Source: Fervidobacterium sp.
GTDB lineage: Bacteria; Thermotogota; Thermotogae; Thermotogales; Fervidobacteriaceae
Length of the DNA stretch: 64,000 nucleotides
Assembly (NCBI GenBank): GCA_049970055.1
Contig: JBMFNR010000002.1
Location: 84,406-148,405 of the forward strand
Reading direction: 5' to 3'
Part shown: in pieces, positions 18,724 to 28,968 of the stretch
Numbering within the stretch: the first letter of the stretch is position 1
Layout: each line of letters starts with the position of its first letter
Notes under the pieces: generated by a model
The model's database searches: none
What the model was told of the DNA's origin: nothing
Seen by the model: the letters and a program-made list of their open reading frames with translations, nothing else
Translations under genes and position numbers: made by a program

Positions 18724-19803
18724 GTGAGTAACAAAGTTTATTATGTATCTTCATTTTTCTGGAAAAATTACAATGCTGCCTCAAAGGCAAAGATGGATGT
18801 AGAAAGGATCTTCCAAAATATTGGTTTAGAACCAATAAACTTATTTAAAGACGGAAGAAACATCAGGATATTTTCCTTCTGGAAGTTTATTAAACTTTTC
18901 TTTGAGTCATTTAGTAATAAGTATACAGAAAGTACCGTTTTTTTTCAAAACGGAACGGGTATAGATATTTTACTTGCGCCAATTTTGAACTTGGCATTTA
19001 GAAGAAGTAAAAGGGTGATAATCATACACGACGTAGAGAGTATAAGGCTTGGAAGGAAAGAAGACTATATACGTGAAAAGTTCGTCTTTCAAAGATTTAA
19101 TTACGCTATTTGTCATACCGACGAAATGGCGACTTTCCTGAGAGAAAAACTTAAATTCAAGGGTATATTGAAGACTCTTGGGTTTTTCGACTACATTGTT
19201 TCGAAAGAATGCGAAAGAAAAGATGATGATTTATCATTCCCTGATATTTCGAAGAATGAAAAGTTCATAATTTCTTTTGCTGGGAACTTAAGTCGATGGA
19301 AATCGGCGTTTTTGCACAAATTATCTGAAAACGCGAGCGTATCTCACAAAAATTACAAAATCTTCCTGTATGGAAAAGGCTACGATGGTAAAGTTGAGGA
19401 AGGTTACATCGAATCGAAAGGTGCATACACACCTGACGAACTACCGCTACATATCCAAGGACACTTTGGCCTTGTATGGGATGGAGATGGAATTGATAGA
19501 ATATCAGGTACCACCGGATATTACTTAAAGTATAACATGCCGCATAAGGCATCCTTATATATAGTCAGTGGTCTGCCAGTAATAACTTGGAAAGACTCAG
19601 CTTGTTTTAAACTTGTTGAAAAATACAACATCGGTTTTGGAATAAATTCTTTGCTTGAACTTGATAGAAAACTCGAAAGAGTTACCGAACAACAGTACGA
19701 TACTTGGAAAAACAACGTTGAGAATTTGAAAAAAGATCTTGAAAATGGAAAGAATCTGGAAAGGCTAATTAAAGAAATTATAAATGAGAGATTTTATCGA
19801 TAG
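18724..19803 (+). CDS. GT-B glycosyltransferase (Gtf3 / beta-1,6-galactofuranosyltransferase-like)
   Basis: NAASKAKMD, IIHDVESIR, FAGNL, FGLVWDGD, YLKYNMPHKASLYIVSGLPVITW. Start at GTG 18724 behind GGAGGT. Adjacent to glf. Confidence 0.8.
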   Translation: MSNKVYYVSSFFWKNYNAASKAKMDVERIFQNIGLEPINLFKDGRNIRIFSFWKFIKLFFESFSNKYTESTVFFQNGTGIDILLAPILNLAFRRSKRVIIIHDVESIRLGRKEDYIREKFVFQRFNYAICHTDEMATFLREKLKFKGILKTLGFFDYIVSKECERKDDDLSFPDISKNEKFIISFAGNLSRWKSAFLHKLSENASVSHKNYKIFLYGKGYDGKVEEGYIESKGAYTPDELPLHIQGHFGLVWDGDGIDRISGTTGYYLKYNMPHKASLYIVSGLPVITWKDSACFKLVEKYNIGFGINSLLELDRKLERVTEQQYDTWKNNVENLKKDLENGKNLERLIKEIINERFYR

Positions 19804-20875
19804 CTGCTTCTATGACCTGGTCCATGTTGTAATATTTGTATTCAGCTAATCTTCCTATAAATATGTACTCTTTTGTCTTTTCCAGCTTTTCAACTTCCTT
19901 TAGGTATTTTTTCCTTCTTTCTAAATTCTTCTCGTCCATTACTATGTAGTAAGGCTCTCCCTTTGCCAAGGGGTATTCAAAGCACACTGTCGTTTTCTCA
20001 CTTTTCTCATTTAAGAAATGCTTATATTCTGTTACCCTTGTCCAATCATAATCGTTCGGGTAATTTACCACTGCCACTGGTTGATAGTACTCTTGGTCAA
20101 CACTTTTCAACTCGAGCTTTAAAGATCTGTACTCAAGTTCCCCGTACATATATTCAAAAAACCTGTCAAGTTCTCCTGTATACACCGTCAACCTTGGTTT
20201 AAACATGTCTTTCACTTCAAAATAATCCAGTCCTAACAGCAACGAAATATTCTCGTGTTCAAGCATCTTCTCTACCATCTTTGTATATCCATACTTTGGT
20301 ATACCTTGGTATTTGTCGGAAAAGTACCTATCATCTCGATTCGTCCGCACTGGGATTCTCTTTGCAACTTCTGGTGCTAATTCCTCAGGATCTCTTTCCC
20401 ATTGCTTTATCGTGTAATTTTTGAAAAATAGCTCATACAACCTTTCCCCAACTTGTGATACGACTACATCTCTGAAATTCCTTGGTGGATCATTGTATCT
20501 TGATTTCTTCACTTCCTTCTCTAAGAACTCCTCGACTTCATACGTTGCAAGTTCTATCCCAAAAACTTGGGAGATTGTGTCACGATTTATAGGAAACGGT
20601 ATTAACTTTCCTTCCACATAGCTGAGAACTTTGTGCTGATAATAATGAAATTCGCTAAAACGATTCAAAAAGTCCCAAACGCGTTTATTATTTGTATGGA
20701 ATATATGAGGTCCGTAAGTATGAACAGTGATTCCATTTTCATCTTTGTAATCGTGACAATGTCCAGCAATGTGCTTGTGTTTTTCAATAACTAAAACTTT
20801 GTAGCCTTTCTCCGCTAAAATTCTAGCTGCCGTTGAGCCAGATAATCCTGCACCTACCACAACAACTTCAAACAT
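19778..20875 (-). CDS. glf: UDP-galactopyranose mutase
   Basis: GAGLSG FAD motif, HTYGPHIFHT, YQGIP..GY, GRLAEYKYYNMDQ. Confidence 0.96.
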   Translation of the reverse strand: MFEVVVVGAGLSGSTAARILAEKGYKVLVIEKHKHIAGHCHDYKDENGITVHTYGPHIFHTNNKRVWDFLNRFSEFHYYQHKVLSYVEGKLIPFPINRDTISQVFGIELATYEVEEFLEKEVKKSRYNDPPRNFRDVVVSQVGERLYELFFKNYTIKQWERDPEELAPEVAKRIPVRTNRDDRYFSDKYQGIPKYGYTKMVEKMLEHENISLLLGLDYFEVKDMFKPRLTVYTGELDRFFEYMYGELEYRSLKLELKSVDQEYYQPVAVVNYPNDYDWTRVTEYKHFLNEKSEKTTVCFEYPLAKGEPYYIVMDEKNLERRKKYLKEVEKLEKTKEYIFIGRLAEYKYYNMDQVIEAAIDKISHL

Positions 20876-20893
20876 AACATTAGACTCCTTTTC

Positions 20894-21775
20894 TTATACT
20901 CTAATGTACGAAAGCGTTTTGTAGAACGTTCTTAAAATAGAAATTACGAGTTGCCTTGGTTGATTGTATCCTTGCCCGTATCCAAAATTTTTTATCGGTC
21001 TCAAAAATCTTTTACCACCAGCGTTGTGCACAACAGGGATTATCGTTCCATCGGACAAATAAAATTTCCCGTCACGTATTAAATACTTTTCAGTTGCTGT
21101 AGTTGGGATGAAATTATAAATAACAGGTAGACTGTGGAATCCTATTTGGTAGATAAAATAATTTAACAATACCATATCTACTCCCCAAGCGTATGGGTCT
21201 TTAATCAACTTGAACATATCTTCAACTATGTTTGTAAAAACTTCAGTCGGGTATACAACGAACCCTGCATTTACAAGTTTTTTCCCTTTGAGGAATTTCT
21301 TTATTTCACTTGAATTCTGAACTTTGTCGCTTATAACTATGTCCATGTTTGGCGATATCTGCTCAATTACCCCTTTTACCTTTGATTGCTCTATTTCAAA
21401 AATTCTACTTATGTCGGCTTGAAAAATTATATCCCCAGAATCACAAAGTATAACTTGTTTGTATTTCGAAGATTTTAGTAAAAAATCTTTTAACTCTCTG
21501 AACCTTATATTGTTTATATGGCCATCAAGCTTTTCAACCTTAATTATCAAAACTCCGTGTTTTTCTAATTCAGTTGAGGTATTTTCACTTAAGCCAAAAT
21601 CGAGCACTAAGATATCTATGTTACTCAAATTAACGTTTTCTTCCAATGACCTTAGCCAATGGTTAATCAAGAACTTTTCATATTTTTCATTACATGCAGT
21701 AGCTATAAGATATTTCTTACTTACCGAGTTTGTCGGATTTACCAAACGTTCCGAGTTTATCAAAATTTTCACCAC
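20894..21775 (-). CDS. Putative GT-A glycosyltransferase
   Basis: VLDFGLS, ILCDSGDIIFQ (DxD-like), NAGF, DM..LN and VVHNAG. Glycan cluster context. Confidence 0.6.
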   Translation of the reverse strand: MVKILINSERLVNPTNSVSKKYLIATACNEKYEKFLINHWLRSLEENVNLSNIDILVLDFGLSENTSTELEKHGVLIIKVEKLDGHINNIRFRELKDFLLKSSKYKQVILCDSGDIIFQADISRIFEIEQSKVKGVIEQISPNMDIVISDKVQNSSEIKKFLKGKKLVNAGFVVYPTEVFTNIVEDMFKLIKDPYAWGVDMVLLNYFIYQIGFHSLPVIYNFIPTTATEKYLIRDGKFYLSDGTIIPVVHNAGGKRFLRPIKNFGYGQGYNQPRQLVISILRTFYKTLSYIRV

Positions 21776-21780
21776 CTTAC

Positions 21781-22814
21781 CTAGTTTTCTAATTTAACTT
21801 TGGACGTAATGCATCTTGAAACAATGCGCATCGTGATGTAAAGTAAAGTTGGAGAGATTAAAAATATTCTTTTTGCAGCAAGCATTTGCTTGTGAAATTT
21901 TGTTTTTTGCTTGAAAGGTAGACGCATTTTTTTATGTTGTCCAAGATGACCTTGTTCTTCACAATTTTTTTCCAATGTTTGTAAGGATACCCGTTAAATG
22001 CAATGTTTCCAATAGCCCAACTATACGAGACTGGTAATGAATACTTTTCTAAAATCTCAGCAATTTCATTTTCGTGTCTTTCTTGGAAAAATCTTATCAA
22101 TCTTTTGATCGATCCAACATTGTGAAACACCGATAAAGACGGAATTTTTGTCGATGATTCTGTTCGATATAATGCCATTACGACGCTTTCGCATATTGAT
22201 GATGTTTCTTTCGCGTAATACATGGCTTTCGCTATAAACTCGTTATCTTCACCATATTTGGCACCTTTGGTAAATCTTATATTGTTTTCTTTGATCAAAC
22301 TTGATTCAAATATAGATGAATTTAACGATATATGCACTTCTCCTAAAATGAAATCTTTCAAAGCTTTTCTGAAGTGTTCTTTTTCCCACTTGTATTTGTA
22401 CATATCCGTGTACTTGTAAAGTACCTTCCCAGAAGGTAATACGATATCTTGTCCGCCAAATGCCATATGCGTTTTGTGCTTCTTTAGATTTTCCAGTAGC
22501 ATTTCCACAGCATCTGGCATAAGTATGTCATCACCGTCTAAAAATTTAATGTACTCTCCTTTCGAATTTTCAATCCCTATATTCCTTGCTACACCAACAC
22601 CCTGATTTTCCTTTTGATCTATTATTTCAAAAGGTTTGCTAGTATTTTTTAATACTGAAAATGCAACATCTCTGGTTTTGTCAACTGAACCATCGTTGAT
22701 AACAATTATTTCTAAATTTTCATGAGATTGTTTTATTACGCTTTCTAGGGTTTTCACTATGTACTTTTCGACATTGTACGCAGGAATTACGACGGATACT
22801 AAGGCTTTTCTCAT
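21781..22814 (-). CDS. GT2-family glycosyltransferase, probable frameshift in an A7 run near the 3' end (as sequenced it stops at 21858)
   Basis: VSVVIPAYNVEKYI, INDGS.D, FLDGDD, GED. One more A in the run at 21927-21933 extends the ORF to 21781, abutting the next start. Confidence 0.85.
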
Positions 22815-22832
22815 ACCTTACCTCACACCACA

Positions 22833-23849
22833 TTATTTAATGAACCTGAAGCCGCCAACGAGAAAATTTCTTATCTTTCTTGGTAAATATTTAATAGCAA
22901 GCATGATAAGTGTTAAATTCAGTGCGAAGTGAATATACCAATACTTGTGCAATAAAGGCATGGGATCATTTATCTTTCCAAAAACTAGAGTAAACGGAAA
23001 ATAAAGTAATGTACCAAACAAAAAATGGTACGAAATAATAAAGAGCGAATTAAGTGCAAGTTTGTTAAAAAAGCTATCTAACCTTAGCTGCCTAACGACG
23101 CTAGATAAGTATATAATAATTAATACAGCTAATATTTCGCCAAGGAAGGCGATTAAACCATTTTTCCCAAACCATTGAGTATTCCAAGAGATATCGCCAT
23201 TGTATTGACTTATCACAACTAGACCGACAAAAGAAAGTAGGAAAGTCAAGAAAGAAATATCGTAATTTTTCTCTTTCCACTTTTTACCAATAAGAAAGAA
23301 TGGTATCGAGCATAGAGCAGTATCAAGCTTAAATGGTAATGGTGCGTGAGGAATGATGCGTAAAATCACGGCAAAAATGGAGAAAATGTATAAAAGATAA
23401 GTATTTTTGTACAGTATTGCGTATAAGGTTTCCGCAAAAAATAACATCAAGAAAAACCATAAAGGTACAACGTTTATTGGAATTTCTGATAGTTTATCAA
23501 GTCTCCCAGTGAGAAAGTTAAAGAAATATTTCCACTTACTGGTGGTAATGAAATTCTTGGGAGCCAATAACAGAAAAATGAGTGTATTAATAAATCCAGC
23601 AAAGTAGTAAGTGATTAAAAGTTGAATTCTTGACGAAAGAACTTGTTTGAAATCTTTTGCTTTCCACTGGTACCCTCTTGCGAATATCAAGGAGGATAAA
23701 CCATAACTAAAAAAACTATAGATACTATTTGGTGTCCCCGAATGCACAAGAATTACAGAAAAAATTGCTAAACCTTCCATTGTTAAAATGTTTAGCTTAG
23801 CTTTCTTTGGAAACGATAAATCCTCGGTATGTTGTGTTATCATTACCAT
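22833..23849 (-). CDS. Acyltransferase-3 family membrane protein
   Basis: Multiple TM helices, EGLAIFSVILVH, PLWFFLMLF, NSLFIISYH. Confidence 0.75.
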   Translation of the reverse strand: MVMITQHTEDLSFPKKAKLNILTMEGLAIFSVILVHSGTPNSIYSFFSYGLSSLIFARGYQWKAKDFKQVLSSRIQLLITYYFAGFINTLIFLLLAPKNFITTSKWKYFFNFLTGRLDKLSEIPINVVPLWFFLMLFFAETLYAILYKNTYLLYIFSIFAVILRIIPHAPLPFKLDTALCSIPFFLIGKKWKEKNYDISFLTFLLSFVGLVVISQYNGDISWNTQWFGKNGLIAFLGEILAVLIIIYLSSVVRQLRLDSFFNKLALNSLFIISYHFLFGTLLYFPFTLVFGKINDPMPLLHKYWYIHFALNLTLIMLAIKYLPRKIRNFLVGGFRFIK

Positions 23850-24595
23850 TTACCACTCGCTCCTCCACCACCACTGCTTCCGCCACCAAATCCACCACTA
23901 CTTCTTGACCCACCCAACCCTCCTGATCCAGTAAACCCACCAAATCCACCAGGTCCCGTCGGACCTTTTGGGCCGGTGTAATTGGCATTTTTTATGGAAA
24001 GAAAAATGATTATAATAAACATTATTATTACCGCAATTAAAACTATTTCATTTTTACTCATTGTTTCATTATCAATCGCTTGCAACTCTGAGTCTATATC
24101 AAATGTCAATTCAGCATTGTATTCTTTTGCTATCTCTCTTGCCAGTGCCAAATATCCATAATAAATTCCTTTGGAATAATCCTCCTGCTTAAAGTAAGGT
24201 ATTATGTATTCATCCCTTATCCTACCTGCTTTCCCATCTGGTATTGCCCCTTCAAGTCCGTAACCAACTTCTATCCTCATTACTCTATCTTTAATAGCCA
24301 CAAGTAACAAAACTCCGTTATCTTTATCTTTTTGACCTATACCCCATTTTCTAAATAGCTGAACTGCATACTCTTCAACCGTTGTATCACCGATAGAATC
24401 AATGACTACAGTTGTAAGTTGTGCCGTTGTTTTGTTTTCAAGCTCTTTTCCAATCAAAACTATCTTTTTTACGTATTCTTCATTAACTACTCCGACGTAA
24501 TCGTTAATGTACTTTAACGGTGTTGGCTGCGGAATTGTGATTGATAAGGCCAAAATTGAAAAAAGTGTAAAAAAGCTAACCAAAAAACTTCTCAT
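23843..24595 (-). CDS. TPM-domain (YgcG-like) protein
   Basis: WGIGQKDKDNGVLLLVA..DR..RIEVGYGLEG..PD, TM helix, Gly-rich GGFGGGSSGGGGASGKW tail. Confidence 0.92.
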   Translation of the reverse strand: MRSFLVSFFTLFSILALSITIPQPTPLKYINDYVGVVNEEYVKKIVLIGKELENKTTAQLTTVVIDSIGDTTVEEYAVQLFRKWGIGQKDKDNGVLLLVAIKDRVMRIEVGYGLEGAIPDGKAGRIRDEYIIPYFKQEDYSKGIYYGYLALAREIAKEYNAELTFDIDSELQAIDNETMSKNEIVLIAVIIMFIIIIFLSIKNANYTGPKGPTGPGGFGGFTGSGGLGGSRSSGGFGGGSSGGGGASGKW

Positions 24596-24631
24596 GAAAC
24601 CATCTCCTCTACCAATGAAAAAACCGGTTTT

Positions 24632-25438
24632 TTAAACAATATACTTTAAGACTTCTTTTTTTATCAACTCGTATTGTTCAATCAGTTTCTCTACTTGGAC
24701 GAAATTACCAGAAAATATCGAGTCAAAATCCAATACAAATGAACCTAATACTTTTTCGTTTATCGAAAAGTACTTTGCAGGTTTTAGATTGTGTTTCTTT
24801 CTTAATAACGATATTATCTCTGAGAGTAATGGTCTGAATTCATCACTAATTGATTCATCTATAATAAAAAAGTTGATACCTTCATCGTTTATAAACGTCC
24901 TGCAAATCTTAAATGTGCCGTCCTTATACCTTTCAAGTCGCTCAATCACTTTTTCATCAACTCTTTGAGCAAATGAGAAAGATTCAACACCAACCACTTT
25001 TTCACTGAAAATTTCCTTTTTTAAAAACTCGTCTGGACCAGTAACAGCAACAAATCTGGTTTTAAACGGCAATTTTATTATACCACATTGTAAGTTACAT
25101 TGCTCGCCAGTAAGCTTTTCAAAGGCATTTTTGAATTGTTCTGCATTTGTCAGCTCAGAAAACTTGTAAATCGCTGGTGTTGTTGCCATGGGTTGAGAAA
25201 TTGATAGCCCTATAAGTTTTTCGTTTGACGAGGTAACTACGAAATTCATGAAAAAGGGGAATTTCTTCTTCGTAAAGGCATCTAAGTTATTGTATTCACT
25301 TGAATAACAAGTAACCACCGCGACGTGGCGGTGGTAAACATCTAAACGTTCTCTTTTCCCTTCGAGAAAATTTAGTAATTCTAAGCTATCGAAATCAAAT
25401 TGCTCGATATTTTTGTATTTTTCAGGGCCTAAGTACAT
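24632..25438 (-). CDS. Hypothetical protein
   Basis: 268-aa ORF with SD GGAGG, co-oriented with hutU. No motif recognised. Confidence 0.7.
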   Translation of the reverse strand: MYLGPEKYKNIEQFDFDSLELLNFLEGKRERLDVYHRHVAVVTCYSSEYNNLDAFTKKKFPFFMNFVVTSSNEKLIGLSISQPMATTPAIYKFSELTNAEQFKNAFEKLTGEQCNLQCGIIKLPFKTRFVAVTGPDEFLKKEIFSEKVVGVESFSFAQRVDEKVIERLERYKDGTFKICRTFINDEGINFFIIDESISDEFRPLLSEIISLLRKKHNLKPAKYFSINEKVLGSFVLDFDSIFSGNFVQVEKLIEQYELIKKEVLKYIV

Positions 25439-25457
25439 TCCTCCACCTTCAATTTTT

Positions 25458-27107
25458 TTATTCCATCATTGGTATTCTAATACCATGCTTTTTCGCCGTT
25501 TCAATCGCTATTTCGTAACCAGCATCAGCATGTCTCGCAACGCCCATTCCTACATCGTTTGTCAAAACTCTTTCAAGCTTTTGCTTTGCCAGGTCTGTTC
25601 CATCGGCTACTATGACAACACCCGCGTGTATTGAATAGCCTATTCCAACTCCTCCACCGTGATGAATCGACACCCAAGTTGCACCACTTGCAACATTTAC
25701 CATGGCGTTAAGAAGCGGCCAATCCGCAATCGCATCACTACCATCTTTCATAGCTTCCGTTTCCCTGTACGGACTCGCAACGGAACCAGTGTCGTGATGA
25801 TCCCTACCTATAACTACCGGTGCTTCAAGTTCTCCTTTTCTTACCATTTCGTTCATCGCAAGTCCCATTTGAGCTCTTTGACCTTGTCCAAGCCAACAGA
25901 TCCTTGCAGGCAGTCCTTGCCATTTAACCTTTTTTTGAGCCATTTCAATCCATTTTCTTAAATGTTCATCTTCACCGAAGAGTTCGATAACTTTTTGATC
26001 CGTCTTGTATATGTCTTCAGGATTTCCAGAGAGCGCCACCCATCTGAATGGGCCTTTACCTTCACAGAATAGATCTCTTATGTATTCCGGCACGTAACCT
26101 GGTATACTGAATGCATCTTTAACACCGTGATCTTGCGCAAGTCTTCTAATATTATTACCGTATTCAAATACCTTTGCGCCAAGTTTTTGCATCTCAAGTA
26201 TAGCATTTACGTGTTTAACAACACTATCGTATACCAATTCAAGATACTTCTGTGGGTTTTCTTTCCTTAACTTTAAGGCTTCTTCAAATGAAATTCCAGC
26301 CGGTACATACCCATTGAGCGGATCGTGAGCAGCAGTTTGGTCAGTTACAACGTCAGGAATAATACCCCGTTTCACAAGTTCTGGATGAACTTCTGCAGCA
26401 TTTCCAAGAAGTCCTATCGATAATGACCTACCATCTTTCATCGCTTCTTTTGCCATTTTTAATGCTTCATCTAAATTGTCTGTCCACGTATCAAGGTAAC
26501 CTGTTTGAAGTCTTCTGTCTATCATCCTCTTATCAACTTCTACTGCTATTACCACACCATCATTCATAGTTACTGCAAGTGGTTGGGCACCACCCATTTC
26601 ACCAAGTCCGGCCGTTAAAACAAGTCTACCCTTTAAAGTACCACCAAAGTACTTTTTGGCTACTGCATAAAATGTTTCATACGTGCCTTGCAGTATGCCT
26701 TGTGTACCGATATATATCCAACTACCTGCTGTCATTTGCCCGTACATTATCAATCCGCGAGCTTCAAGTTCATTGAAATATTCCCACGTTGCCCATTTGG
26801 GAACAAGGTTAGAATTAGCTATCAAAACACGTGGAGCCCACTCGTGTGTTTTCCAAATAGCAACAGGTTTACCACTCTGAATAAGTAAGGTTTCATCATT
26901 CTCCAAGTTTTTCAATATTTCGATTATCTTGTTAAAACTTTCCCAATTTCTAGCGGCTTTACCTTTACCTCCGTAAACTATCAGATTCGCCGGGTCTCTT
27001 GCCACTTCAGGATCAAGATTATTCATAAGCATTCGCATTGCCGCTTCCGTTTGCCATGATTTACACGTTAGTTTCGTTCCTCTTGGTGCTCTAATCACTT
27101 CAGCCAT
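25458..27107 (-). CDS. hutU: Urocanate hydratase
   Basis: [57 protein letters not shown]. Start ATG 27107. Confidence 0.97.
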   Translation of the reverse strand: MAEVIRAPRGTKLTCKSWQTEAAMRMLMNNLDPEVARDPANLIVYGGKGKAARNWESFNKIIEILKNLENDETLLIQSGKPVAIWKTHEWAPRVLIANSNLVPKWATWEYFNELEARGLIMYGQMTAGSWIYIGTQGILQGTYETFYAVAKKYFGGTLKGRLVLTAGLGEMGGAQPLAVTMNDGVVIAVEVDKRMIDRRLQTGYLDTWTDNLDEALKMAKEAMKDGRSLSIGLLGNAAEVHPELVKRGIIPDVVTDQTAAHDPLNGYVPAGISFEEALKLRKENPQKYLELVYDSVVKHVNAILEMQKLGAKVFEYGNNIRRLAQDHGVKDAFSIPGYVPEYIRDLFCEGKGPFRWVALSGNPEDIYKTDQKVIELFGEDEHLRKWIEMAQKKVKWQGLPARICWLGQGQRAQMGLAMNEMVRKGELEAPVVIGRDHHDTGSVASPYRETEAMKDGSDAIADWPLLNAMVNVASGATWVSIHHGGGVGIGYSIHAGVVIVADGTDLAKQKLERVLTNDVGMGVARHADAGYEIAIETAKKHGIRIPMME

Positions 27108-27228
27108 AAATTCTCCCCCTTGGACATCAGTTTTCTTCACATTCTATTTAATTATATCACAGAACATACTCTTTTCATTTTTCACTTAGCAACAAATAGT
27201 AGAGAAATCAAAAGCATAAAAGAAAATA

Positions 27229-27262
27229 AAAAAAATTGCCTCGGGTTTCTAACCCGAGGTTT
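27229..27262 (-). terminator. Intrinsic terminator after the AAA ATPase
   Basis: CCTCGGGTT-N3-AACCCGAGG hairpin with a T-rich tail on the minus strand. Confidence 0.7.
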
Positions 27263-27281
27263 GAATTTTTATGCGTCATCT

Positions 27282-28334
27282 TTATTTTTCTTCTTGTAGG
27301 GTTTGTAGAGTTATCAACTTTCTCATAAGTTCATCGCAAAATTCACCTTTCAGTCCCGGCGTACTTGAAAGATTCACAAGCATTCGCATAAAGGCTTCAA
27401 ATGAATCTCTTGGTGTAACTTTCGATAATTTTGCTAAGTTTTGTGAAATGATGTCGATGTTTTTCTTTATCTCTTGGAGCATTTTATCATCAACTGTGTT
27501 TAAAAAGTCAACAAGTCTGATCAAGATACCATTTGCCTGGTGTAGATCCATTTTTTCAGGAATATTGCCATTGACCAATATTTCATACGGGCTCGGGATA
27601 TCTGAGGATATCGCTTTGTCCACAAAAACCTTTGCGGCTTCTGGACCCACGATCCCACTGGCGAGTATATATGAATACTCTTTCTTATCTTTTTCGTCAA
27701 GGAGCGATAAGACTTTGCTTAATTTATACCAGCTTCTTGGACTAGGCTTTATCGATGCTTTTAAAGACACGCCTTCGTGAACTGATAAAAACTCTGGGTA
27801 CGTTCGTATAAATTCAATAACTTCTCTTGAGATATTATTCCTCAAGGCCCAATCAACCCACTCATTCACTTCCGGATGTATTTCGAGGATGAAAAACCTC
27901 GATAGAAAAGCTGGGTCAGTTATCAACTCAACCTGATCGTAATTTTCATCGGGAGGGTTCATTGAAGCCATTATCCATGTACCTTCCGGAAGTATGTGAT
28001 TGTGGATACGTTTATCTACTAAAAGTTGCATGATGGCATTTCGTATACTTCTGTGCGCTCTGTTTATCTCATCAAGGAGAATGATTACATTACCATCCTC
28101 GGGCCACCAATCAGGTGCTAAGAACTTTGTTTTATTTTCATCTCTTGCTGGAAGACCTATCAAATCACCTGGTTCCATCTGCGAAAGAACCAAGATAATT
28201 AATTTTCTCCCCGTTTCGGAAGCAATATCTCTTGCAATGTCAGTCTTCCCAACTCCGAAATGACCTATCAGTAGTGGTATTTCTCCTGCTTGCATTATTT
28301 TTTTCGACAGATGTTTTGCTTCGCCTACTGTCAT
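27282..28334 (-). CDS. MoxR-like / AAA_5 ATPase
   Basis: Walker A GHFGVGKT, DLIGLP, Walker B ILLDEINRA, sensor SMNP, DPAFLSRF, PSPRSW. Confidence 0.85.
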   Translation of the reverse strand: MTVGEAKHLSKKIMQAGEIPLLIGHFGVGKTDIARDIASETGRKLIILVLSQMEPGDLIGLPARDENKTKFLAPDWWPEDGNVIILLDEINRAHRSIRNAIMQLLVDKRIHNHILPEGTWIMASMNPPDENYDQVELITDPAFLSRFFILEIHPEVNEWVDWALRNNISREVIEFIRTYPEFLSVHEGVSLKASIKPSPRSWYKLSKVLSLLDEKDKKEYSYILASGIVGPEAAKVFVDKAISSDIPSPYEILVNGNIPEKMDLHQANGILIRLVDFLNTVDDKMLQEIKKNIDIISQNLAKLSKVTPRDSFEAFMRMLVNLSSTPGLKGEFCDELMRKLITLQTLQEEK

Positions 28335-28347
28335 ATGAACACCTCTT

Positions 28348-28968
28348 TTATTGGTTATCGCTTTTTATTTCATTAGTACTTTCTCTGCTTTCTATAATTT
28401 CTTTGTTTTCTGAATTTTCCTGTTCAGTTTCAAATATATTTTTAGCTATACTTTCGAAAGAAGCACCGCCAGCTTGACGGACAAGTTCTTCAATCATGCT
28501 CTCATCTTTGAAAGTGTCTGTGAGACTGTAAACGAATGTTCTACCAACCTTTCGACGTTTGATAACCCCTGAACTTAAGAGCTGTTTTATAATATTTGTT
28601 GAATCTTTTCCCCTCATGCTATCTATTTCAAGTTTCGTTGCTTGTTTTCTAACGGCTAGAAATATCGCAACTTCGAGTTGGGAAGGTGAAAGGCTTCCAA
28701 GGTTTCTTCTTTTTGCCACTTTTGACACTAAACTTGCAAACTTAGCTTTTGTGTAAAATCTCAAGTAATTTTCTATTTCTTTCAGCTCAATGCCGTGTTC
28801 TTCGGAGGAATATTTCTCCTTAAGAGTTTCGACGAGCTCTTCAACCTCATGTCTTGAAATCTCTGTAATTTTTGAAATTGTTTCCTTATCTATACCACGA
28901 GAAGCGAAGATAACAGCTTCAACGATTGCCAATTTCTCTTTGTCGTTTTTACCATTATAACGCGGCAT
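28348..28968 (-). CDS. scpB: Segregation and condensation protein B
   Basis: AIVEAVIFAS, LSPSQLEVA..LA..QATKLEID.MRG. Downstream of scpA. Confidence 0.88.
   Translation of the reverse strand: MPRYNGKNDKEKLAIVEAVIFASRGIDKETISKITEISRHEVEELVETLKEKYSSEEHGIELKEIENYLRFYTKAKFASLVSKVAKRRNLGSLSPSQLEVAIFLAVRKQATKLEIDSMRGKDSTNIIKQLLSSGVIKRRKVGRTFVYSLTDTFKDESMIEELVRQAGGASFESIAKNIFETEQENSENKEIIESRESTNEIKSDNQ

Noticed and set aside
18579..23849. Glycan cluster as a tRNA-integrated genomic island
   Set aside because: The cluster lies on the 5' side of the tRNA. No integrase and no duplicated tRNA 3' end were seen.
23843..23980. GC-rich low-complexity repeat
   Set aside because: It encodes the normal Gly-rich C-terminal tail of TPM/YgcG proteins.
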